Assembly (NCBI RefSeq): GCF_000315625.1
Contig: NW_005434672.1
Coordinates: 62,001-126,000 of the forward strand
Reading direction: 5' to 3'
DNA length: 64,000 nucleotides
Source: Guillardia theta CCMP2712
Lineage: Eukaryota > Protista > Cryptophyta
In this document: positions 1 to 13,322 of the stretch, one piece after another
Layout of the letters: each line of letters begins with the position of its first letter
Numbering within the stretch: the stretch's first letter is position 1
Program-made: the position numbers and the translations under genes
The notes under the pieces: model-generated
Database searches by the model: none
Seen by the model: only the letters and a program-made list of their open reading frames with translations
Told to the model about the DNA's origin: nothing

Positions 1-285
1 CGTCTTTTATTGTTGCAGTTTTTAGCTCTCTTGAGGTGGTTTCTTACGCCATGACAAACTGCAACGCCACTGAATGACTAGGGGTCAATCATACTTTGGT
101 TGAATCACACGCACACGACTGAAGGTCCAAACTTTTAAATGGCAGCTTGTTGTCTTGTTTAGAGCTCAGATGAGATCTCGAATACTGTGCTGTCACTTGA
201 GGGAGAGGAGCTTGAAGAAGAGAATTCATTTCTGCGAATTTGAAAGCGAATCTGCATGAATTTGATTTTATTCTTTTGGAACAGG

Positions 286-1435
286 ATGAAGATCCATGCA
301 CTTTCAATCTCTAGGTGGAAGCATGCGGACGCATCGATCAAGGAACCCGTGCATCTCTGTGAGCTACAACTTCTCTTCATGATTCTCCAATAACAAGTGT
401 CACAGGTTATGCGGTGGACGTCAGCCAGCTGAGTTTCTTTCAAGTATCATCTTCATTGACTCCTCAACGTCTCTCACGCTGAATATGTCAGAGAGGCACT
501 GTGAAGGAGATCACAGCTCTTGTGCTTCGGACATGTGTAGCAAAGACTAACCCCGGAGATTACCAGAGGCTGGAGCATGAAGGCGAGTCTAGGGAGATTC
601 CCAGGTTTCGTTGACTGACTGGCATGGCAGGAAACTATATTTACATCATTTGTCGTCACAATGGCATCTCCGGTCGGTCTAACCTGTGTGGAGGTTGTTT
701 GCATGATAACAAGGCTATTCTTGCAAACAGGTGTCTGCATCACTGACTCGGAGTACCCTCAACGGGTTTACTGTCATGTTTGTTGATTTACAGTCTGACA
801 AATTGACAGGTCGCCTTTGCGATCATCACGAAGCTCTTAGATGACTTCACTGAAGCAAACAATGGAAAGGTGACTCGCTCGTTTTCTCTGCTGGACAGTC
901 CTGACTGTCGACAAGTGGTCGGAAGACAAGAACGACAATTGTATGTCCTTTCCAGACCTTGAGCAGGTCAAGTCACAGAGTTTGACATCGCCGACCTGAC
1001 GCTTTGCTCGCAAAGGCTCTTGTCAAGTACCAGGACCCTGCGGAAGCCGACAAGATCACCAAGATCCAGAGGTGAGAAGTCTGTTAGAGCGAGCAAGCAC
1101 CTGATGGACTTTGAATCAGAGAACTGGAGGAGACGAAACAGGTTCGTTGCACTCGGGATGGTGAGAATGCAAGTGTAAAGCACCTGGTGCAGGTGTTGTA
1201 CAACACTATCGATGCTGTGCTGGCGCGTGGGTGAGAGTCGTCGGACGTTGGACTAGGTTTGAGTCTCACGGTTGTGCAGGGAGAAGCTCGATGATCTCAT
1301 CGACAAGAGTGACTCGCTGTCACTTCAGGTGAGGGTTGAGCATCGGGCAAGATGGTAGCGTGACATGAACTCCGGTAGAGCAAGAAGTTCTACAAGACGG
1401 CGAAAAAGCATAACCAATGCTGTGAGATTATGTGA
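286..1435 (+). CDS. YKT6: Ykt6 longin R-SNARE (multi-exon)
   Basis: Spliced exons read MKIHALS..., AVDVSQLSFFQ|RGTVKEIT..., VCITDSEYPQR|VAFAIITKLLDDF, GEKLDDLIDKSDSLSLQ|SKKFYKTAKKHNQCCEIM*. The SFFQR motif, R-SNARE core and C-terminal CCxxM prenylation box are typical of Ykt6. Missed by the ORF track because exons are short. Confidence 0.93.
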
Positions 1436-1533
1436 AAATATCTGACGTGTTCAATGAACCTGTACAAACGGCAACTTAAATACTTGAAAAGTGTGCCAAA
1501 TAGTCCGAGGCTAATCTGATCGGACGCTAATCA

Positions 1534-1925
1534 CCACGAGTCCGATGATCTGTGGCCGGGCCGGCGGCGAGCGGCATGCGGAATCGGAACACGGTGACTG
1601 CTCAGCCTGACGCTGAGTGCTGAGTCACGGTTGCTTTCGCCGGGGAGAGCCCGGCGCCTGCGCCGCCGGCCGGCCCCGCCGGCCCGGTACCCGGCTGGGC
1701 GGGCCCGGGGCACGTTGATTGAATGCCGCTATCCGATCGCGCCGTCAGCCTTGCAAGTCGCCCCCGGGGCAGGCTGCCGTGTCGGACACTCTGCGGCCCG
1801 ACACGACTCGGCGAGTCGGGCCTCGGAAGCTGCGGCAGTGCGGCCCGGCTGACGCTGGTGGTCGGAGCCTGGAAGTTCGGGTGACAGTACTACGGTAAGT
1901 TGGCCGGGCCGGGTCTGGTCTACCA
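1534..1925. promoter_or_regulatory. GC-rich short-word intergenic island upstream of the gene at 1967
   Basis: Dense GGCCCGG/CCGG, TGAGTC, GTGAC words, no coherent coding, directly 5' of an ATG. A regulatory role is inferred. Confidence 0.45.
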
Positions 1926-1966
1926 TCATTGCAGGTTCTGCAGTCTATTTCCGGCGGAGCGTCACT

Positions 1967-4053
1967 ATGGGCGAAGGTGGCTGTCGTGCCGGTGGTGAGG
2001 GAGGGGAGGATGGAGGGGACAGAGGAGGGTCATGGTCAGCAACTTCGTCAGCAGCTGGAAGAAGAATCATGAGAGGTGTGGTCCTTGCTTGTAGCGGCCT
2101 TGTCTTGTGTGCTCTGTGCACTACGTTGTGGCTGAATGGAGGTGACAAGTGGAGAGGAGGAGCAGAGTTGGAGGAGCGTTTGCTAGGCGGAGTTGTGAAT
2201 GATGGGGGGATGAAAGACCTCACAAAGAGCATGAGAAGGGAGTTTGCGAAAGAAGATCAGGAACTTGAGAACCAACTGGGTGTGGCGAGATTGCCTCGCA
2301 TCCATTCAGGTCTGGGGTCATCAGAGATGGCGTCGTATCTCAACTCAGATACAAGTGGAGGAGACAGAAAGAAGGCCGCAGAGTACAGACTGCAATTGAA
2401 GTATGCACAAGATGACAAGGACTTTCATTCCTCCCGATTAGCAGCTTCCTTCGATCAGTCTGGAGATCCGTTGAGTGCACTTTACATGACCAAGTATCGA
2501 GCATTGAACTCAGCGAAGAAGGGCAGCTCGTTGTTTCCTATGCTTTATGCTGTTGGAGAGGATACAAACCAAGAGGGAGGCGAGCGTTCTGGAGGAGTGA
2601 GAGACGAGGACTACCAGGCGATCCTGCAAGGAGCCAACAACGCAGCAGCGCAACTGAGTTTTCGAGACGAGCTCAAGAGCGACGAGCAGAACTCGAGAGG
2701 GTACATGAAGAAGCTGGAAACCGATTTCCTTCAATCTCAGAACAATGGACCAGGCTTTCAGTCCCTCCTTCAGCTGTCCCGTTTGCGAAGTGACAGGCCA
2801 CGATACCCGTCATACGACGACACCATCACATCGTGGGCGGATAGACGAAGCTCTGAGGGCTTGTCTGGTAACATTCCTCATGACTCGAGGTATCTGATTG
2901 CCCTCCATGATCTGGTCTCTCCTCTGACTGCAGTGACAGTCGCGTCCACTCAGAGTCTCGTCTCGAGGCTCGAGCGCCTTTCCAGCAGCTCTCGATGGGT
3001 ATTGGGTCTACAGGGGAAGGAGAAGAAGACGGAAACGCCAAGGACTGGATTGTTGCCATGGAATCTGATCCCAAGTGCAAGAAAATTGTGGAGCAGATCA
3101 GGCATGGAATTCTTGGGGCTCTGCTAGACGATTCGACAGATTGTCTGGCAAACAAGAAGAAACCCAAGGCGATGTGGCCGTTCGGTTCACCCGGTCCCGA
3201 TGCGATGCCCTTGATGTCTGCTACTCACTTTTGACTAGGAGACAAATGGGAGGTTAAAGATCAAGGGGTGCAGGAAAAATCCAACCTTCTGGTAACCAAC
3301 CGCAATATCCATAATTGTTTTCGTATTTTTGACTCGGCACGTGTAGATCTTGGCGGCAAGGAAACTGGAGAAGGAGAGAGAGAAGCTGAAGGATGCGGAT
3401 AATGAGAAAGAAGAGGCCAAGGTTCCCGCTTTGTTTCAACGTGCTGCTCGTTAATGACTCGTCGTGTCACAGCGAGATGCGCTCCAAGCCGTCAAGACCG
3501 AAGGAGCCTTGCAGGTAACGTTGGAGCGTTCAGATGTGAGCCAGTTGCCCATTTCGCTTTCAGGCTCAAGTGGATTCACTGTATCATAATGAGAAGAAGC
3601 AGAGAAAAGATTTTGCAAACGTAGCCAAGGTGAACTGTGGGCTACCTTGTTACAGGTTTACTGACTTGAGATATAGATGGCGCAGAGCACTGTACTGGTG
3701 GAAGAGGAGATGATAGGTGTTTGAGAGTGACAATCATGTGATGAGCGTTCTGAAAAAGCTATAGGCAAACTGGTCAAAGCTCTCAAGGATGAGAAGCAGA
3801 GTGTCTCGGAGATGCAGCGGCAGAATCTGCTCCAACAATTGGCTCTTAAGCGATTGTAAGGCTAATCTTCCATCTTTCGTCCGCTGACTCAGATCGCAGA
3901 CATCAGTCGTTTGAGCATGGACATCAAGGACAGAACGTAAGACTGTTAGCATTGATTATAGCTGGCTGACGCGATATAGGGCGAATGGTACATCCCTTGG
4001 ACTAAGCAACTCGCATCCGCGGCACAAGCGGCCCGTCCCTACTCTGAAGCTTA
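1967..4053 (+). CDS. Hypothetical type II membrane protein with coiled-coil C-terminus (multi-exon)
   Basis: Long first exon with one hydrophobic segment (GVVLACSGLVLCALCTTLWL), followed by GT-AG spliced charged exons. The 3' end is approximate. Confidence 0.6.
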
Positions 4054-4417
4054 AATATTCTTTGCATATCATGTGATGTATCTCTCAACTTCTGGTGTAC
4101 CGAGTCTTTATACTAGAAACATGGACATAAGGAAATAAATATTCAAACTTGACAGTTCACTGTTATCCTTTGGCGACTGGTATGCTATCAGACTTTGGGA
4201 TTGGCGATTTCCTCAGACTGTGCAGCCTGAACTACACCGCTAGGAATCTCACTAGAGTCCTGTTCGTGTGTAGATGTTTCTCCACTATTACTTTTCCCAA
4301 ACCTGAAAGGAACAGTACTGTAAGGAAAACGACAAACCAAACTGAAGTCGTAAACCCCGTTCCCCCCTCCAGAAGCAGAGAAGCAAAGACAAGAGTTGCA
4401 GACAAGTACGTTGGTGT

Positions 4418-5380
4418 TTACCTACTCCACGTACTTTTCCATTTTGGTTCTCCGGGCCCAAGAGTCCATTCAGAGTCGTCGTCGTATCTTCCGTAATGTA
4501 TGTCATCTGGAAGATCTCGTTCTTTCCTCTTTTTTGCTGTGTTGCTAGGAGAACCAGTCTTTCCCTTTCGCTCGGAGTTCCTCTGTTCATCAACCTTCTC
4601 CAAAATTTTTGTTTCCGCTTGGCTCAAGTTCGAGTCCATCTGCTTCGAGGAATTGGGAGGATTCCAAACACATGAAGATGGAGCAGAGGAAGTCAATTCA
4701 AGCTCCGAGTTCACTGAGGAGTGACGATCTTCAATCGATGAAGTCCCCGATAAATCTTCTGTCGACTTGGGTCCACTCTTTCCAGCTCCTGTTTGTTTGG
4801 GAGAAAAATCCGAAGGTTGCGCAAACTGAGGGTCTTTGGCAGTAGTTACGTGAGAGCTTTCGCTTTGTGTGTCCCCAGTGCCCGGTTCACGTTCGCTTGG
4901 CTCGTCAATATTCTCCCAGCTCAATTGCTGAGTGACATCTTTTGTGGTGACAGATCGTGAGGACTGAGACCGGGTCTTTAGCGACCTCCATGCTTCGGAA
5001 ACCCACACTTCTTCATCGACGGGTGCTTGTGGTATGGATGGTGGATAGGAAAGTCCATAACTTTCAGAAGACTTGCTGTTTCGCCTCGTGGAATAAGCAA
5101 GGTCTTGTTGCATATTTACATTGTGTGGCATATTCACATTCTGCGGCATGTTTGGGATACCAACAAATGGACCAGTCGCATATGCATGGAGTGGATGGTC
5201 GAAGACACCGGCACCAGGATCAGCCCTGAAACGGTATTGATGTTGATCTCGTCTCACGTAGCTGTTGGCACCAAGTTGATTGGGAGCATACGCAGGCTCA
5301 TCTGCACCTCCCAACGAATATTGTTCATTACTCCTGCCGTCGGAGTCCCACTTTCTGTGCGCACCATTCCAGTCAGCCAT
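4418..5380 (-). CDS. Hypothetical low-complexity protein
   Basis: 320-aa ORF, S/Q/P-rich with a basic stretch (KKRKER). May splice further 3'. Confidence 0.55.
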   Translation of the reverse strand: MADWNGAHRKWDSDGRSNEQYSLGGADEPAYAPNQLGANSYVRRDQHQYRFRADPGAGVFDHPLHAYATGPFVGIPNMPQNVNMPHNVNMQQDLAYSTRRNSKSSESYGLSYPPSIPQAPVDEEVWVSEAWRSLKTRSQSSRSVTTKDVTQQLSWENIDEPSEREPGTGDTQSESSHVTTAKDPQFAQPSDFSPKQTGAGKSGPKSTEDLSGTSSIEDRHSSVNSELELTSSAPSSCVWNPPNSSKQMDSNLSQAETKILEKVDEQRNSERKGKTGSPSNTAKKRKERDLPDDIHYGRYDDDSEWTLGPGEPKWKSTWSR

Positions 5381-5411
5381 GACGGGGATACTGCCCTTTG
5401 TGCTGCAATCT

Positions 5412-5468
5412 ACCTATCAGTGTCTTAGGTAGACCTATCAGCGCCTTAGGTAAAGCTATCAGTGTCTT
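5412..5468. repeat. 21-bp tandem repeat, ~2.7 copies
   Basis: acctatcagtgtcttaggtag / acctatcagcgccttaggtaa / agctatcagtgtctt. Confidence 0.85.
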
Positions 5469-6675
5469 CCTTGTTACTCGCTCGCTCGCTTGCTCGCTCG
5501 CGCTCTAACGATAGCGCATGATTGAATTCACTGCCGCTTTTGCGCTTCTCAAGGCCATAGAAGTGGGGGAGGTATCAGGAATTGCAGGGATTGAAACCAA
5601 GGGGTTCATCATCCGGCCTCATTGGAGGTAGGGGTGGTACACCCTTACAAATGGACCCCTCTCAAGCCCAATCGTTACATCCCCCTGCACTACTCAGACC
5701 CCTACCGTACAAACTCCCCAAGGTTAAGAGCCAAAGGAACCCCCCAGAACATATATCTGCTAATGCTTCGAGTACCCCACCCCCGTTATCACTCTTGATC
5801 AACTGAATATCCCCTTTTTATCTCATCATTTCACTGATAACCCCACCTACCCCTTGAATCTACGTAACTTCCCTCTAGATGGCCTCACTTTCTTGCCTCC
5901 CCTTCCTCAAGTTTCTCCCCTTTTGCCTCTTGCTCTGACCGCCATCCCCTGCCCTGCTCGAAGGGTCCTCAGCATCCCTGCAGGACCACCCCTACCTTTA
6001 GTCTGCGACTCTTATAGGGTCCATGCCGTGACCATGTGAATGCCATGGTGGGGCCGTGACTTCACTAAAGAAAAGCACTGGTCACGATCATAGCATGAAT
6101 ACCACCCTTGAAAAAAATCATTTTCGTATTTCAAAAACTATGTATTAATCGAAAACATGAGTGTTAAAATTGGGGTAAACCAGGGGAAATTCTATAATGT
6201 TGTAGCCGTCACTTACATTCGCAGTAAACTTGGGGATCGGATCAGAGGAAACTACCGTCCCCCCCGAGCATACTTCAACCCCTCATCCCCATCATTGACC
6301 AGTCAAACCTCAACCAGCCACGGCACCGAAACATCGCCCGGCCGGTTCGGCCCGGGAGTATCCGACAAAAGTATCCGTGAAGTTATTCACAAGTATCCGG
6401 GAGGGTATCCTTCACGGTATCCGGGAGGTGTGCGAGCGGCAAGAAATGGCGGGAGCGGGAGTAAGGCGAGAGAGGAGCTTGGGGAGATGAGGGAGTGAGG
6501 CATGAAGATGGTTTGAATCTACTACAGGGTCTAAGAGAACGATCGCCCCGCCCGACTGCCTATCCTCCTTTCTCTCTCCCGTGGGTCTCCGACGTGAAGC
6601 CTGAGCTCTGTAGCCTGCTGTGCTTAAATCGCTCGTGGGTGAAAGACTGATAGATCAGAATCCCATCGACTTGCC

Positions 6676-8723
6676 ATGGCGAGCTCTTCATTCAACTCCT
6701 CCTTAGCTAGCAAAATGTCTCTAAATCTCAACCGTGTTCATGGCGCGTCCTCGGCAAGTGCGACGTCCAAGTCAGGAGCGGCGCTAGTACCGAGGACTAC
6801 ACTGTTTGATCATGCTATCCTCCCCGTCCCTTCCAACATGCCAAACGTCAACCAGCTCTGTGAGTTTGTGGCTCTGAACAATGGCGCGCGAGCGGGGATG
6901 GCTCAAGAAACCTCTATCTCACTGACGAGCTGGCACAAGTATGCCAAGGAGAGCTTCAAAATGGATACAGGGTATGCGCAGCTGGTGTTTGACATCTTCT
7001 TTGATAGTATGTGCGAGGGAAATGCGTCAGATGCTTCCACGGTCTCTCCCGCCCCCTTCGCCCTGTTCTTGTATGTGCTTGCAGTCTACAAGGATGAATC
7101 TTTGATCGGGGGGACACCGAGGGCGTTGCGAGCGGACATTGCATATCCTCAGCTGACAGCATCGGATTCTCTTTCCCCTCGCTCTTCGCAGCAGCTCTCC
7201 CCTAGAACAGTGGTCTCTGGCAGCAAGGCGTCTGAGTTGGAGAAGAAGCAGATCAGCTTCATCCAGAAGAACGTCAAGGAGCTGTTGCATATCGTGTCAG
7301 GCTCTGCATCTTCAACGCATGTCCATCCCTCGCAGTTTGATGCTATGGGGGCGATCCTGATGGCGCCATATGGAGTGCCTCAAAGCAATCTCAGTTCTCT
7401 CGTGCCCTTCTGGAAGGGAAAGCAGGAGCTGGTCAGCGTCTCCGATCTTTGCTCATGGATCTCCGAGTCGCTGCCAGTGCAGGAGCAGCCTTCTCCTGCA
7501 CGGTTTCACTCTTCCGCTTCCTCTCCCACCAAGGTCCATGGCGAGAGCTCTGTCATCGAGACGGCAGCAGCAGAACGTTCGGGAGGCTTCATGCTCCACA
7601 ACATATCGCGATCGACAATCATCCGCTCTTCCCAGGAGCTTGTTCCCAACGCTCCATCGCAAGAGCAAGCATGGCAGACCTCTCAGCAGAAATGGATGAA
7701 GATTCAGAACTGTTATGACTCTTTCATCTACATCACGGCTCCCTTGCATCATGTTGTCATCACTGGCTGCGTCAACTGCACGATCTTGATCGCTGCTGCT
7801 AATTTGGTGACCATGGACAACTGCGAGAGATCAAAGTTCATCTTTGGGTGCCGAAGGCTGCACGTGGCGAACTCTATTGATACAACTCTACACATCTTGA
7901 CGAACAGACAGCCCGTGAGTCTTGCCTTGCATTTCTTGTCTCCTTGTCACCCCGATGTGGCAGATTCTTCTCGGCGAGAACCACGACCTGATAGTGGCTC
8001 CTTTCAACGCCCTCCTTGCTGACTGTCTTGCCATGTGGAGGTTTCTTCAGATCGATCGATCCAAAGTGATTGTGGCATGTCGGAAGCCTGCAGCATTGAT
8101 GTCATACGGCAGAACCGCTGGGCGGAGGCGTTGTGGATCTCTCGGAACGCGAGTGGGATCGTCTTGACTGGAGGAGGTGATGATTGCTCCTCGAGCTTCT
8201 CGTCTCACCAGCCTGCAGCCATTCCTGGATTCTCGCAGATGCCCCCTCAAAACTTTTTTTGCGTCACCGTGCCGTCCAACCAGCCCCAGCCTTCCTCCAT
8301 CGTCGCCTCGCAGGTTGTCTTATTGGTACTCTGGGCACTGCTGGAGCTCAAATAAGCACAGGCCAACCCCTGCCCTCTGCCTCCTAACTACGCGACTGCC
8401 CTCCAGCAGAAGCACAAACAGGTCAGTTTGCCCTCTCGTGACCTGCCGCTAGTCACGCAGCTTGACAGGTGCTGGACTTGCGCAAGGAGATCGCCGACAC
8501 TGAGGCGGGCGCCGGCAGCACGAAGCAGGCGCTACAGAAGGCAATACAGGTGAGAATGAGGGTCTGTGAAAAGGGTGAGGAGGCTGAGGGCGCATGGCAG
8601 GCCAAGTTCAAGGAATGGCTCGTGAGCACGGGAAACATGCGGCAGGTGCAGGACCTTGTACATATGGAACATCCGTACTCGAGACCAGAAGGTGAAGCAA
8701 CTCAAATCTTTACTTCTGTGTAA
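6676..8723 (+). CDS. TBCCD1: TBCC domain-containing protein 1 (multi-exon)
   Basis: TBCC/CARP beta-helix (IQNCYDSFIYITAPLHHVVITGCVNCTILI...LHILTNRQP|ILLGEN...APFN) and C-terminal AIQ|AKFKEWLVSTGNMRQVQDLV. Confidence 0.88.
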
Positions 8724-9024
8724 GAACGATTGATACCCATGATCTTAACTTTCGATTATGGTCATGCTAACTTTGATTGACAAACGACCTCTTGTGCTCC
8801 ATGTTTCCTCCTTTGCATTGACTTTTGCTGTTCGTTAATCTCTGACTTGTTCGTTCTGGTAAATCTTAATGACTTGTGCAGATGCAAAGTCGTGAAGGGC
8901 AGGAATGATTGGCGAGGAGGGCCCGTTGGAATTCGCTACTACCTGATCTCCTTGAGTACATTGAGCTCCTCGACCACAATCCTTTCCCACTGTCTCCCCC
9001 ACTTCACTCATTCTCTCGCTCCCT

Positions 9025-10894
9025 TCAGTCCTCGTCCTGGTACTCCAAGTCATCGCTGTCCGAGCCTGCGTCAGCCTCCTCTCTGGTTGCTTTTCGAGAC
9101 TTCTCCTCCTTCGCCAGCACCTTTCAGGCATCTCACGACTCGCCTTCCCTCCCCTCTACTCCTTCACCCACCGCATCGTACGCACGCACGTCGTCGCTGT
9201 ATCCTCCCACCCCGGCCGCGTCAAGAATAGCCTGACAGTCTCGTCATCATGAGCAGCATCACATGCTCTTACCTTAGCCTCCACGTCATCAAGAACAGTC
9301 TTGCCGTCTTTCCTTGCCGTGTAATCGTCGAGCGACTTCACGGGCTTTCTCTTCACCCCTGCTGCCTCCAGCTCCTTCTCGTCTGCCACGTAGTCGGGGA
9401 TGCAACCCCAGACCTCGACCTCCTCGAACTCAAACTCGGGGGAGGAGGAGAGGCAGGGCATCTTGCAGAAGGAAGAGCAAGGAGCTCGGCACACCCCTCG
9501 TTCCAGCATGGTGTCCACGTAGATGCCCCAGAAGTCCTTCTGTCCTCCCATCCCCAGCCCGTTGGAGCAGGAGGTCAAGTTGGTGGAGAGCCACATGAAG
9601 TTGTTGTTGACGTTGCTGGCAGGGAAGATCTTCATCCTAGGGGAGGAGGAGAACAAGAAACATCGGCCATCCCCATAGAACTTGTTGCTCTTGTGCCAGG
9701 ACACTGAGGCGAACCCTCCGAAGACACACCCCAGTTTGTCCTTGAAGATGAGCAACGTTGGACCCCGGAAGAGGATTTTGGACATGAAGCGCGAGAAGGA
9801 CTTGCCGTGCTTGACGCTGCTGTAGAGCTGTTTCCATGGCTTCTGCACGCATGTGGGAGGGAGTTGAGGGCCGAAGATCCAGAGCACTTCGTCTGAGAGG
9901 AGACGCGACTTGCGAGCTAGCCGGGGAACATTCCGTTGCCTCTTGTGCATGGACGAGTCCTTGGCAGAGAGCAGGAAGGCCGAGCGGAGGAGGTCAGGAA
10001 GGAAGCCTTCGGTGTCGACCTCTCGCTGTAACCAGTTGTCTCCTTCTTCTCTTGTCATCTCGTCCCCTTGAACCTCTTCGAAAGCGTTATCCACGCTAAT
10101 GTCTGCAAGTCTCTCCGCCAGCGCGCTGACATTCGGAGAATCAGAATAAAGGATGGAGCAGGAGCAGGAGCAGGAGGTTACGGAGAGAGGCAGGTAGGCA
10201 AGGGACGTATGGTTCTGCAGGCCACACCTAGCATTTCCATCATCTGGCAGTGAATGAAAGGCGATGGTCTTATAGAGCTCTCGCGCTAGCTGTCAATTTG
10301 CCAGTCAGTTGCTACTAAGAGACAAGCTTGCACGTAGACCTTTCTATTGATAGTCTTCGAGCCTTCAAAGAGGACCGAGAGTGAGAAAGATCTCCTGTCA
10401 AATCGATCTGTGGTACAGACCCTACCGAGCACGAGAGCTCAACAAGAAGCGTCAGGTCCGCTAAGTTCGAGCATCGACAGTCACCAGTATCGGCCATACT
10501 GAAATGCATCAGTTTGGATCCCGCGCTACCCTTGCTCTCTGACACTACTTTCCGCATGGCGGCGAACAGACTGACGGCCATCCGTCAGTGTGTGGAGGAA
10601 AAACTTGTGAAGCAACCGAGATGAGAGGGAGGGAGGCAGCTTGAGGGCCTCGCGGAGGGAAGTTTCATCCAAGTCTTTCTGCTGCCATGCGTCACATCAG
10701 CATGTCTCTCATCCTCGCGTCAGATCACCTTGCCCGACAAGGAGACAATGCGGGTGAAGTTGTGCTTGAACGACGCCAGCTCCTCATCTGCATGTCGCAT
10801 CAACACGCGTTGACAGTGAAAGCATGCTCGAGAGAAGCTCGCCTGTTGCTCCAGGTATCGCTGCTGCCCCTCCCTTCGTTCCTGAGTTGCCCAT
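9025..10894 (-). CDS. TLDc-domain protein, MEAK7/TLDC1-like, putatively N-myristoylated (multi-exon)
   Basis: TLDc motifs WKQLYSSVKHGKSFSRF, GPTLLIFKD, VFGGFAS, FYGDGRCFLFS, GLGMGG, EVEVWG. The N-terminus MGNSG starts at 10894. The last exon is uncertain (stop at 9025 or 9133). Confidence 0.85.
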
Positions 10895-11178
10895 GGCGGT
10901 ATGACAACGCCTGCACAGTTACAGAGATGGCGAGGGGAAGGAGAGGAGAAGGAGAGAGAGTAGGGCAGTGGAGGAGAGGGCAGCGGAGTGAAGGGGAGGG
11001 GAGGAGAGGAGAGGAAGGGGAGGGAGGGGGAGGGAGGGGGTGGGAGGGGAGAGGGGGGAGAGGGGGGAGAGGGGAGGGTCTAGTGGCAGGCCACAAGTTA
11101 TCAGAATTTTGTTGGTTTCAAGTTGAGTAAAAACTTGAGCATGGCGGCGCTCTAGCAGCAGGTGCGAGCGGGAACAAC

Positions 11179-13287
11179 CATGTCGGGGAATGCGGCCATG
11201 GCTGAGCGAAAGCTGAGGCTGCTTGAGCGAGCTGAGGCAAGGATTGCCAAGGTAAGGAGCAGAAGAGTTGAGGAGGAGGAGGAGGAGGAGGAGGAGGAGG
11301 ATGTCATGTTCGGAGTTGGTGCAGTGCGGCATGCGTTGAATTGCAATAGCTGCCGGGCGAGATGAGAGGAAGCCGTTTGCATGCGAGAATCGATCTCCTT
11401 GCTCTCCTCGGCATGTTATCGTCATTCCAACGCCATTGCCTATGTCACGTCCTCGCATGCGCTGGTGTGATGCTTCCCCTCCTTGTACAGCAGCAGATGT
11501 CAGACACATTGGCGGGTGTGCGAGAGTTTTCGTGACGAGGAGGAGACAGCAGCCGGATTGAGTTTGACATGCCATGCAGCAAAGAGACAAGGACAGAAAG
11601 CTGTCGCCAGTAGAAGAAGCGGACAAGAGGCTCAAGGACGTCGTGCGTCAGGTCACCCAGGAGCGACACGTTGCTACCGTTCTCGAGGTCCCTGGTGTCT
11701 GCGGGCGGGGAGAGATCTGACTGAGGGATCAGACGCTTTTGTTTGTTGCTGATGTAGCGGAAGAGCATGCGCTGCCTGAAGATACTCTTAGAATGATCCC
11801 TTCCATCCTCTCTGACCACATGTCGCACCCTGTTATTGTAGCCGACGCTCTGCTGCTTGTGGGCAAGGCAAGCAAGCGTTCTCTCGCAGACCCGAGCACG
11901 GAAGGGCTGTGGAACGTGTTTGTCTTGAGCTCCATCGCCTGCACCCGCCTGCACAAGCATGAGGCGACGTTGGTGAGCAACGGACTGTACGCCATCGGGC
12001 AGCTCGCCGAGACGTCGCATCGCATCAAGAGCCAGGTGGTTTGAGGTGCCGTCGGTGCCTCGTGACCGAGACGACATGGCAGATAGTGGAAGCCCAAGGA
12101 CTGGAGACCATCAACGGGTCGCTCAGGCTGCATCCTCACGACACGTTCCTGCTCTCCAACGGCTTGCTCGCTCTGTCCGCCATCTGCAACCTCCCCCTCC
12201 AGTCCTTGCAGCTCGGAAAGGGGATAGCGAAACAGGCATGGTGACTTGCGATGCTTCTCGCCTCTGACGTGGGTGCGAACAAAGATCATTGCGGATGTTC
12301 AGAGCATTCAGCACACGGCAGAGTCTCTCAACATCATGACTACCCTGACGGAGTTGGAGCCGCTACTCGCACATGATCCTGTGCTCGCCCGCTCTTACTG
12401 TGAAGCCATAGGGGCTCTGACTGTATCCAACACCGCGCTATCACACGACAAGGTGAGAAGTCCAGCACTCGACGAGGGAGTGACGAAGCAAAGCAGTGTG
12501 TTCGACTCGCCTCCAAGATCAACGCGGTCATGTCGACTAAGTTTCACAGCATCCAAGAAGAAGAGGAGGCAGAGGCAGCAGGCGACCAAGAAGACCTTTC
12601 GAATCAAATTCTTTCTTGGAACCTGGAGAGCTTGAAACGCAGTCGCGTCTCTCCGTACGACAACTGGGTGGTGGCGCATGGAGCTCTGGTACGGCCAACA
12701 AGCCCTCTCCTCCTTGACTCGTTGCCCCAGGCGCTGGGGAGGATGGTCCTCGTTCCAAGCACGCATCGAGCAGCTGGAACGAGCAAGAGGTTTCCGTACG
12801 TGACGTCAGATGCTCAGAAGCAGTCAGCAGTGCACGAGGCGGGGGCCATGGCGTTCCTCTGCTTCGCTTTGAAGGAGTTCGAGCACGACAAGGATGTGGT
12901 GCTGACGTCAGTCTTGGAGTCGCTCAAGCACCTCCTCTCCTTGCACCAAGACAACCAGAAAGAGTTTGTCAGCCACCAAGGGCTGCAACGGCTAACCCGC
13001 TGCCTCGAGCTCTGGTCAGAGGACCACGCCTTTCAGCTACAAGGAGCTCGAGCGTTGAAGGTAGGTCATGTGGGCTGGCGCCTTGGCCTGACGGTGAGCA
13101 GACGCTGTTGGAGGGAACGGATGGCATCAGGAACGGATGGGTGTTGAAGACTCCTAGCGGCCGAAACAGCGCCAAGTTGGTCATCTCAATCTTCACTTAC
13201 GAGGCGCAAGAGTACGGCACTCCCGAGGATTTGCAGGAGGTGCAAGAGATGTCTAGGATGTGGTTACCAGACAACAAGAATCAATGA
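11179..13287 (+). CDS. Armadillo/HEAT-repeat-like hypothetical protein (multi-exon)
   Basis: Helical-repeat exons such as IVEAQGLETINGSLRLHP..LLSNGLLALSAI, AVHEAGAMAFLCFALKEF and NQKEFVSHQGLQRL. Confidence 0.6.
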
Positions 13288-13322
13288 GACCATCGTCAGA
13301 GGCAGGTTGCAGTCTCTTGCTC

